A DNA stretch of 64,000 nucleotides from an uncultured delta proteobacterium (GTDB lineage Bacteria; Myxococcota_A; Polyangia; Polyangiales; Polyangiaceae): assembly GCA_963850305.1 (NCBI GenBank), contig CAWKKR010000011.1:352001-416000 (forward strand), in the 5' to 3' direction. The notes under the pieces were generated by a model. That model was not told where the DNA came from. It did not search any database and saw nothing but the letters and a program-made list of their open reading frames with translations. Position numbers and translations under genes: made by a program. Shown here in pieces: positions 18,976-26,809 of the stretch (position 1 is its first letter; every line of letters starts with the position of its first letter).

Positions 18976-20283
18976 ATGAACATCAGAAAGAACACCTTGT
19001 CATCGTTCGTCCCGCGCTTCGCGGTCGGTTCCTTGGTCGCCCTGGCTTCCGGAACCGCGTGGGCCCAGGCGGCCGCTCCTGCTGCCACCCCGGCGGCACC
19101 CGCGGCGGCACCCGCGGCTGCGGAACCAACGCCCGCGGCTGCGGAACCAATGCCTGCGCCTTCAGCCGCAGCCCCCGCCGCGACACCACCGCCTGCGGTG
19201 CCCCCCGCCGCGGCACCGGCACCTGCCGACACGACGCCCGCGCCCGCTCCGGCGGCACCGCCGGCGGAGGAGAAACTGCCGTCGATCGACGTTGGCGCGT
19301 GGCTCCGTGTCGGCGCGCAGATCCAGGGCACTGACCCGAAGAAGCTCGACGATCAGCACTTCGACACCGTCTACGGCGAGCTCCACGCAGCCGGCAAGGT
19401 GCACAAGAACGTATCCTATGCCCTGAACATAAATGTGAACGGCCTGGCGCAGGCCGCCGCCGTCGAGGACGCCTATATCGGGTTCGATTTCCAGGATGAG
19501 TTGCATCTCTGGGCCGGCCAGTTGCTGGTCCCGGTGGATCGCTCGAACTTCAGCGGACCGTTCTTCATGAGCCCCTGGGCTTATCCAGGCTTCCTGACGG
19601 TCGGCGGAACCACTGTCGTCGGGGCTCCCGACGAAGGACCGTACGGACGCAACGTCGGCGGCGTGCTGTGGGGGGACTTCGGCCAGGGCCTCTTCAAGTA
19701 CTACGCGAGCATGATGAACCTGGCGAACACCGCCGATCACCCGCTGTTCTCGGGTCGCCTGGCCTTCTCGCCCGTCGGCAAGGAGCCCGGCTACTATGGC
19801 AGCAGCACCTATTATGGCACGAAGGACGTGTTCGGCATCGGCCTGGGCGCGCAGTACGAGAAGGACGGCGCGGACGTCAAGGACGCAACCGGCGCGGTCA
19901 CGAGCGAGAGCAGCTACTCGGACATCAACGGCGACGTCCTTGCGGAATTCAATGTTGGAGCGGGCGTGCTGACGGGCGAAGGCGCCTTCTATCACTTCGC
20001 GGGCGACGGAGTTTCGGTAGCGAACTCGTACTACATCCTCGCGAGCTTCCTGACTCCCGTGGTCGGAATCGGGAATCTGCAGCCCCTCGTTCGGTACCAG
20101 GGAGCCTCCAAGGACGACGACAAGGCGTGGTCCGTCGATGCTCAGCTCGCCTACGTCATCAAGGGACCCAATCTACGCGCGCTCGTCGGCTTTCAGCACA
20201 CCGACGTCGGCAACTACGCCGCTGCAGGAGGCCCGAAGGCGGGCAACCTGATCCAGATCGGCTTCCAGACGATCCAGTTCTGA
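18976..20283 (+). CDS. Outer-membrane porin-like beta-barrel (OprO/OprP-like) with a Pro/Ala-rich N-terminal linker
   Basis: Signal peptide (AWA-QA), P/A linker, DAY...GQ..VP..R, GRN.G...WG, amphipathic strands and C-terminal QIGFQTIQF. Divergent from the BMP gene. Confidence 0.75.
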   Translation: MNIRKNTLSSFVPRFAVGSLVALASGTAWAQAAAPAATPAAPAAAPAAAEPTPAAAEPMPAPSAAAPAATPPPAVPPAAAPAPADTTPAPAPAAPPAEEKLPSIDVGAWLRVGAQIQGTDPKKLDDQHFDTVYGELHAAGKVHKNVSYALNINVNGLAQAAAVEDAYIGFDFQDELHLWAGQLLVPVDRSNFSGPFFMSPWAYPGFLTVGGTTVVGAPDEGPYGRNVGGVLWGDFGQGLFKYYASMMNLANTADHPLFSGRLAFSPVGKEPGYYGSSTYYGTKDVFGIGLGAQYEKDGADVKDATGAVTSESSYSDINGDVLAEFNVGAGVLTGEGAFYHFAGDGVSVANSYYILASFLTPVVGIGNLQPLVRYQGASKDDDKAWSVDAQLAYVIKGPNLRALVGFQHTDVGNYAAAGGPKAGNLIQIGFQTIQF

Positions 20284-20320
20284 GCTGACCTCGTCCCCGT
20301 CCGCACGCCTCGAGCAAGGC

Positions 20321-20354
20321 GCCGCGGAGGGCCTCGGGTGAAGCCCTCCGCGGC
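20321..20354. terminator. Hairpin between convergent genes
   Basis: gccgcggagggc-ctcgggtgaa-gccctccgcggc, a 12-bp perfect stem. Confidence 0.6.
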
Positions 20355-20368
20355 CTCGGTCACCGCAT

Positions 20369-20947
20369 TCAATGCGTCGTACCGTTCACGAGCGCGGTCG
20401 TGGGCACCGCGCCGTTCGCCCCCGCGTCAGCGGCGGGAGGCGAGTTCGCGGCCGGCGCGGTCGTGACGGGCGACGCCGCCGCCGGCGCGTTCGCCGGCGG
20501 AACCGTTGCTACCACTCCGTGAATGCCGGCCTTCTGCCGCTTGCCCATCGTATGACGGGCTGCCCTGGTCGCAAGCGCCTTCTCCGCGCCCTCGGTCTTC
20601 GACTCCAGGGTGCGCTGAGCCACCTTCTTCGGCGTGAAGCCGAAGGAGGCGAACTCCGGACTGTTCTCACCGAACAGCAGCGCCGCATAGCTCCGGACGC
20701 ACGTGATCACCGTACTCGTCTGAGCACGCTGCGATTGGTCGAGGTCGTGGAGCTGCGAAACCTTCGCACGCGCCGCGGCGACCGACGTCATCGTGTCCAC
20801 GTGTGCCTGGATCTGTGCTTGCACGTCCTTGCTGGCCACGAGTTTCCCCGAGACCGGCAAGCTTGCATCGGGCGTGAGCTTGGCCAGTGCCGAGATCACG
20901 CTCTGCTCCAGGTTCATGATGACTGTTTTGTTTGCATTCGAGAACAT
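20369..20947 (-). CDS. Hypothetical helical protein with a basic C-terminal motif and Pro/Ala tail
   Basis: Purine-rich aggaaag upstream of the ATG and coding-like codon use; FGFTPKK...ATRAARHTMGKRQK. Confidence 0.75.
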   Translation of the reverse strand: MFSNANKTVIMNLEQSVISALAKLTPDASLPVSGKLVASKDVQAQIQAHVDTMTSVAAARAKVSQLHDLDQSQRAQTSTVITCVRSYAALLFGENSPEFASFGFTPKKVAQRTLESKTEGAEKALATRAARHTMGKRQKAGIHGVVATVPPANAPAAASPVTTAPAANSPPAADAGANGAVPTTALVNGTTH

Positions 20948-21329
20948 GACTACTTTCCTTTTTGGGTTGCGCCGTCCGACATGAACGTCGCACTCCAGGT
21001 ACCAACCAACGGCGACAATGGATTCTTCCAAATTATATTTTTCTGCAATTCGGCCCGCCATTCGAGTCGACGCTCACTCGATCCGCGGCCCACTCCGTGC
21101 ATCACGCGCGAGGCGCACTCGTACATCTGCAGCGAGTTTTCAGCCGCCACGCGCACGCACGGTCGCAGCGAACAAGCGCGATAGCGAGGCCTGCAGCGCG
21201 ATCATCGGAACGCGCGTCGCGATCCGGAGCTCGTGCACGTGCACCGCGACATTGGGATCATGGTGTGGCACCCAATTCACAGGGTGTAGCAAATGAGATA
21301 CACAGCGTCGTAATGGCCGTCACGACGCT

Positions 21330-21650
21330 CGTGACGTGCCTCTCGACGCCGACGGACGCGCCCTCGCGCCGCGTGACGTGCTTCTCGACGCTCGTGACGT
21401 GCTTCTCGACGCTCGTGACGTGCTTCTCGACGCTCGTGACGTGCTTCTCGACGCTCGTGACGTGCTTCTCGACGCTCGTGACGTGCTTCTCGACGCTCGT
21501 GACGTGCTTCTCGACGCTCGTGACGTGCTTCTCGACGCTCGTGACGTGCTTCTCGACGCTCGTGACGTGCTTCTCGACGCTCGTGACGTGCTTCTCGACG
21601 CCGACGGACGCGCCCTCGCGCCGCGTGATGCGCCTCTCGACGCCGACGGA
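21330..21650. repeat. 21-bp tandem array with higher-order structure
   Basis: cgtgacgtgcttctcgacgct x11 (21372-21602; the last copy ends in c), flanked on both sides by gacggacgcgccctcgcgccg and by degenerate units. Confidence 0.95.
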
Positions 21651-21761
21651 CGGGAGCGCCGGGAGTCGCTCGACGGACTTCTTGGTCGTGGCCGCCTCGG
21701 CCCAGCGGATCGGACCGCCGCAGCGCGGGCGCTCGCCGCGCTTTGGTGTATGATTATTGGC

Positions 21762-22522
21762 ATGCGCTCGAGGATATGGCTGGTGTACAGCCTACTTGGT
21801 GGGGTGGTGTTCGCCTGCGGCGGTAGCACGTCCGGGGGTACCGGCGACTCCACGTCGGACGGTGGAGCGACGGGGACCGGCGGCACCGCAGGCAATAGCG
21901 GGACATCCGACGGTGGCGCGACTGACACGCCCGGTGGGGCCGGTGGCACCGCAGGAGGGACCGGAGGTTCCCCGTGCGATTCGCTGCTCCCGGATTGCCA
22001 GCCAGGCTCGCCGCCCCCGCCCGGAGCGTCCCTCTGCGGCGGCGTGCAGTGCACTGCCAGCGAGCAATGCTGTCTCCTCACGCTGAAGTGCTTCGACCCC
22101 GCGGATCCTTCCGCGTGCCCCGCCCCGCCGCCCGAGGCGCGTGCGGCTCCACCGTGCAGCTCGGGCTCGGGGGCTCGAGCGCCGGCATCGCGGTCACGCT
22201 GTGCGGTAGCGACTCGCAGTGCCCCTCGGGGCAGCACTGTTGCGGCATCACCGGCACTTGCTTCGACGCGGCCCACGCCGCACTTTGCGTCTTGCCTCCG
22301 CCGGGCACCTCGCGCGCGTGCCTCACGGACGCCGATTGCCCCTTCGAGGGCGACTACTGCAGCGGCGATGGCTGCGACAGTCCGGGTGGCTGCAAGGCGG
22401 CGACCGGATCGTGCGGGCCGCTGCTCGCGCCGGTGTGCGGCTGCGATGGACAGGCGTACGTCAACGCTCAGTGCGCCGATAGCGTCGGCATGCGCGTCGC
22501 GTCGACCGGCGCATGTCCCTGA
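21762..22522 (+). pseudogene. Cys-rich lipoprotein with a C-terminal Kazal-like motif and a 1-bp frameshift near 22137
   Basis: Lipobox VFAC, Gly/Thr linker, two CC-containing repeats and PVCGCDG..Y.N.C. The frame switch at CCC GAG GC GCG TGC fits one missing G. Confidence 0.75.
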
Positions 22523-22623
22523 CGGCCAGCGCGGCGCGTCCCAGGCCGGCACCTCGACCGGCACCGCGCACGGATAACGGTGCGCGGCGAGCGTGCGCTC
22601 GCTACTGCCGGAAGAGGCGGACG

Positions 22624-23544
22624 TCACGCCGGCACTGGACCGAACTTGCCACTTTCCACGTCGTAGATCGCCTGCTGGATCTCCTGGACCGTGTTCATCA
22701 CGAAGGGCCCGTGCTGCACGATCGGTTCGTGGATTGGCTCTCCGGAGAGGAGGATGACGTGGGCGTCCTCCGCCGCGGTCAAGGTTAGGCTTTCGCCGTC
22801 GTTCGCGAACAAGACCAGCTCGCCGGCACCCGCGCTCGTCTTCCCCGCAGTGACGCGGCCTTCGGCGACGACGGCGAGCGCGTTGTAGGTTGCGGGCAAC
22901 GGGACCGTCAGATCCTCACCCGCGCGGAGGCGCAGATCGAGCATGGTGATCGGCGTGAAGGTGCGAGCTGGGCCGCGCGCGCCGTCGAACTCACCGGCGA
23001 TCACGCGGACCATTCCGCCGCCTTTCAGTGCCATGCGGGGGAACTGAGCGGCCTTCAGCGGCTGATACCCGGGTGGTACGGTCTTGTCCTTCTTCGGCAA
23101 GTTCACCCAGAGCTGCATCATGTGGAGGCGACCGCCGCGTCGCGTGAGCGATTCCTCGTGATATTCCTCGTGGAAGATCCCCGACGCTGCCGTCATCCAC
23201 TGCGCGTCGCCTGGGCCGATCACGTCCGCGTGCCCTGCGTTGTCACGGTGCGCGACCGCACCTTCCCACGCGAGCGTCACGGTCTCGAAGCCGCGATGCG
23301 GGTGCCATCCGACGCCACGCTTGCCGCGCGCGAGCGGCTGGAAGTCCTTGGCCGGACCGTAGTCCATCAGTACGAACGGGCTCACGCGCTCTGCCGGGAG
23401 CCTCGCGCTCGGGAAGTAGGTGGAAACGAAGAATCCATTGCCCACCCAGTGGAAGCCAGTGCTGCGATGGACTCCCTCGACGCTGCGCGTGGACGGCGTC
23501 GCGCTGCCCGTAACCGGTCGTTCGACCGTGGTCGTTTGGTTCAT
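22624..23544 (-). CDS. Pirin family protein
   Basis: HPHRGFETVT, QWMTAASGIFHEE, QLWVNLP and GPFVMN. Confidence 0.93.
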   Translation of the reverse strand: MNQTTTVERPVTGSATPSTRSVEGVHRSTGFHWVGNGFFVSTYFPSARLPAERVSPFVLMDYGPAKDFQPLARGKRGVGWHPHRGFETVTLAWEGAVAHRDNAGHADVIGPGDAQWMTAASGIFHEEYHEESLTRRGGRLHMMQLWVNLPKKDKTVPPGYQPLKAAQFPRMALKGGGMVRVIAGEFDGARGPARTFTPITMLDLRLRAGEDLTVPLPATYNALAVVAEGRVTAGKTSAGAGELVLFANDGESLTLTAAEDAHVILLSGEPIHEPIVQHGPFVMNTVQEIQQAIYDVESGKFGPVPA

Positions 23545-23631
23545 GAGAGGCAATCTAACCGCTACCCCCGCGCTAGCAACAGGCCCCCGGATGATGGGCC
23601 GCATCACTTCCTGTGACGTCGTTCACGGCTC

Positions 23632-24417
23632 TCACTTCACTCGCCGCAAATGGATCGCGACCGGTGACGCGATCGACAAGCCGATGCCCAGGAACTGCCC
23701 GTCCATTTCGGCGCCGTGCACGACGAAGTCGAGTTCTCGGTGGTAGCTGAGGTCCGGATGGCAGCCCGTTGAATCGCAGACGGTGCAAACCGCCGAGCAG
23801 ATACTGAAAGGTGCCGCGTGGGGCGTGCAGCCCTCGCAAACCGGCGTGAAGACCTCCCCCGGCGCAAAAGAGAGCGTCAGATAGTCCCCCGAGAGCACTG
23901 GCCCGATGAGGGTGTACTCGAAGCCACTCACGGGGAACGTAGCCAACGCGGCGAACGTAGGCTGGCCGGCGGTGAGCGGGTCGGTGCTGCCCATACCGAT
24001 GGTGATCGAACCGCTCAACGTCGACGTTTGATCACGGAGTATCAGGACAACGCGCTCAGGGAGCCCGCTTCCGCCGTCGACGAGGTATTCCTCCGGGTAC
24101 GTGACAGGTTGCTGGGTCTGACCGAGCCAAACCTGCGTCGCGCTCTCGAGCCCTTCGAGACCGCCGTCAGCGCCCGCCGCATCGGGCGTGGTGCTGCCGT
24201 CGAGGCCGGAGCTGTGTGGGGAGCCGTCAGCGCCGAAACTGCCGGAGTCGCCCCCGACGCTCGGCGAGGCGTCGGCGCCCGAACCCGACGCACCGACGAC
24301 GTGGATGGTGTGTCCCGACAAGTTACCGTCACCGTTCGAAGTTCTACCGCCGCAGGCGACGGAAAGAAGGAGCGGCGCGCTGCTCAGCGCACCAAGAAGT
24401 CGTCGTCCGCCGGTCAT
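23632..24417 (-). CDS. Hypothetical lipoprotein
   Basis: Lipobox SVAC, Gly/Ser/Asp linker, and a beta-rich domain with a Cys cluster. Confidence 0.7.
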   Translation of the reverse strand: MTGGRRLLGALSSAPLLLSVACGGRTSNGDGNLSGHTIHVVGASGSGADASPSVGGDSGSFGADGSPHSSGLDGSTTPDAAGADGGLEGLESATQVWLGQTQQPVTYPEEYLVDGGSGLPERVVLILRDQTSTLSGSITIGMGSTDPLTAGQPTFAALATFPVSGFEYTLIGPVLSGDYLTLSFAPGEVFTPVCEGCTPHAAPFSICSAVCTVCDSTGCHPDLSYHRELDFVVHGAEMDGQFLGIGLSIASPVAIHLRRVK

Positions 24418-24515
24418 GGCCCCACCCTCTTCAGGGTTCGCGAGGGTGCATCGCCAGCGGGGGTCGTCACACGCCCCGCGTCGATCGCGAACGGGCGTCT
24501 CTGCGCCCCGCCCCT

Positions 24516-24625
24516 TGCTCCGGTGTGCCGGCCGCCTGCGCTTCGTTGCGCTCATCCTCGACGAGCAGGTCGCCCGCAAGATCCTCGACAGCCTCGGCTT
24601 GCCGTCGCGGGCACCCCCGGTGACT
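24516..24625 (+). mobile_element. Remnant of an IS91-family (Y2) transposase C-terminus
   Basis: Encodes C..CAGRLRFVALILDEQVARKILDSLGLPSRAPP, resembling the CxxCGG-M-I-A-I...I.RIL.HLGL..PP tail of IS91-like transposases. The rest of the gene is absent. Confidence 0.6.
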
Positions 24626-24678
24626 GACCTGTCGCGGTATCTGCTCGTAGGCGCTTGGAACTTTCTCCGCGCGATGAA

Positions 24679-24967
24679 GCCCGTGCTCGAAGCGACCCTC
24701 ACGCCGTCCACGGAACGTCGTTCAATCGCGAAGACCGCGGGTCTGGCTCGGCGGGTGAGGCCCGGAAGCGTACGCTAGTACGCTGAGGACCGAGAGCGCC
24801 GAGACAGGCCCGTGCTCGAAGCGACCCTCACGCCGTCCACGGAACGTCGTTCGATCGCGAAGACCGCGGGTCTGGCTCGGCGGGTGAGGCCCGGAAGCGT
24901 ACGCTAGTACGCTGAGGACCGAGAGCGCCGAGACAGGCCCGTGCTCGAAGCGAGCGAACGACGTTCC
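24679..24967. repeat. Tandem 129-bp duplication holding copies 2 and 3 of the long-hairpin element
   Basis: 24679-24807 equals 24808-24936 with one mismatch. The last copy is closed by ggaacgtcgttcg...cgaacgacgttcc. Confidence 0.9.
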
Positions 24968-26779
24968 TCAGTCGTCGCGTCGCGGGCGCTTATTCCCGTC
25001 GAGAACGCGCTTGCGAACCCGCACGGAGTCCGGCGTCACTTCGACGAGCTCGTCGCGGTCGACGAACTCCAGGGCGGATTCGATCGTGAGCCGGTGCGGG
25101 GGCGACAGGATCACGTTCTCGTCGCGACCCGCGGCGCGGATGTTCGTGAGCTTCTTCTCGCGGGTCACGTTGACCTCGAGATCCTGGGGACGATTGTGCT
25201 GCCCGACGATCATGCCCTCGTAGACCTCGATGCCCGGGTCGATGAAGAGCACCCCCCGCGGCTGCACGTGAAAGAGCGCGTAAGGCGTCGCGATGCCCGT
25301 GCGGTCCGAGATGATCGCGCCGCTCGGACGGCGCAGCATGACGCCCCCCATGGGCTCCCACCCGTCGAACAGCGTGTTCAAGAGCCCTGTGCCGCGCGTT
25401 TCCGTCAAGAACGTCGAGCGGAAGCCGATGAGCCCGCGTGACGGGACACGGAACTCGAGGCGCGCGCGCCCCTGGGTGGGGGTGTGCATCTTGAGCATCT
25501 GTCCACGCCGCTCGCCGAGCCGCGTCGTCACCGCGCCCACGTAGGTGTCGGGGATGTCGACGATGACGAGCTCGAATGGCTCGTGGAGAACCCCGTTCTC
25601 CTCCTTCGTGACGACTTCGGGCATCCCGATCGCAAACTCGTAGCCTTCACGCCGCATCGTCTCGGCGAGGATCGCGAGCATGAGCTCTCCGCGACCGGAC
25701 ACCGTGAACGAATCCGGCTCCTCCGTCGGATCGACCCTGAGGGCGATGTTGCGCTTCGCCTCGCGCTCCAGCCGGTCCTTCACGTGTCGCGACGTCACCC
25801 ACTTGCCGGCGCGCCCCGCGAACGGCGAGTCGTTCACGCGGAACGTGATCTTGATCGTCGGTTGCTCCACGACGATGCGCGGCATCGCCGTCCGCACCTC
25901 GGGGTCCGAGAGGGTGTCGCCGATCTGGACGTCGTCGAAGCCGGCAACGGCGACGATGTCTCCCGCCTCCATCGCGTCCGTCTTGACCCGGCGAAGGCCT
26001 TCGAACGAGTACACCTGCACGACACGCCCGAGCTTCTCGCCCTTCTCGTGGAGGACGGCCACCTGCTTGCCGGTGACGATGCGCCCCTGGTGAATGCGCC
26101 CGATCGCGAGGCGTCCGACGTACTCGTCGTGGTGCACGTCGTGCACCAGCATGGCCAGCGGCGCCTCCGGATCGCCCGTCGGTGGCGGCACCTTCTCCAC
26201 TATCGTCTCGAACAGGGGCAGCAAGGAGCTTCGCTCATCCGTGAGCTGACGCATCGCCACACCGTCGCGACCGACCGCGTACACCGCCGGGAACTCCGCT
26301 TGCTTGTCGCTCGCCTCGAGGTCGCAGAAGAGCGCGAACACTTCGTCCAGCACGACGTCGGGACGGGAATCGGGGCGGTCGATCTTGTTGATGACGACGA
26401 TGATCGTCATGCCGAGCTCGAGCGCCTTGCCGAGCACGAATCGCGTCTGCGGCAGCGGACCCTCCGCCGCGTCCACGAGGAGCAGCGCGCCGTCCGCCAT
26501 CTTCAGCGTCCGCTCCACCTCGCCGCCGAAGTCCGCGTGCCCGGGCGTGTCGATGATGTTGAACTTGTAGCCGTTCCACGTCAGCGCCGCGTTCTTCGCG
26601 AGGATCGTGATACCGCGCTCGCGCTCGAGGTCGTTCGAGTCGAGCACGCGCTCGGCGACGGCTTCGTTCACGCGGAACACGCCGGCCTGCTTCAGCATGT
26701 TGTCGACGAGCGTCGTCTTGCCGTGATCGACGTGCGCGATGATCGCGATGTTGCGAATGTGATCTCTGCTCTGGTTCAC
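24968..26779 (-). CDS. typA: Translational GTPase TypA/BipA
   Basis: IAHVDHGKTT, ERERGITI, DTPGHADFGGEVER, NKID and EVTP.S.R.RK. Confidence 0.97.
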   Translation of the reverse strand: MNQSRDHIRNIAIIAHVDHGKTTLVDNMLKQAGVFRVNEAVAERVLDSNDLERERGITILAKNAALTWNGYKFNIIDTPGHADFGGEVERTLKMADGALLLVDAAEGPLPQTRFVLGKALELGMTIIVVINKIDRPDSRPDVVLDEVFALFCDLEASDKQAEFPAVYAVGRDGVAMRQLTDERSSLLPLFETIVEKVPPPTGDPEAPLAMLVHDVHHDEYVGRLAIGRIHQGRIVTGKQVAVLHEKGEKLGRVVQVYSFEGLRRVKTDAMEAGDIVAVAGFDDVQIGDTLSDPEVRTAMPRIVVEQPTIKITFRVNDSPFAGRAGKWVTSRHVKDRLEREAKRNIALRVDPTEEPDSFTVSGRGELMLAILAETMRREGYEFAIGMPEVVTKEENGVLHEPFELVIVDIPDTYVGAVTTRLGERRGQMLKMHTPTQGRARLEFRVPSRGLIGFRSTFLTETRGTGLLNTLFDGWEPMGGVMLRRPSGAIISDRTGIATPYALFHVQPRGVLFIDPGIEVYEGMIVGQHNRPQDLEVNVTREKKLTNIRAAGRDENVILSPPHRLTIESALEFVDRDELVEVTPDSVRVRKRVLDGNKRPRRDD

Positions 26780-26809
26780 GGCACGCTCCGGCGAATGGGA
26801 GCGGGCTAA

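Noticed and set aside
21260..21285. tggcacccaattcac as a sigma-54 promoter
   Set aside because: The -12 GC element is missing at the required spacing.
21372..21602. Possible CRISPR array
   Set aside because: The units are contiguous with no unique spacers, and no cas genes are present.
1350..22150. Programmed ribosomal frameshifting as the cause of the four split genes
   Set aside because: There is no shared slippery heptamer or stimulatory structure, the gene families are unrelated, and indel error is simpler.
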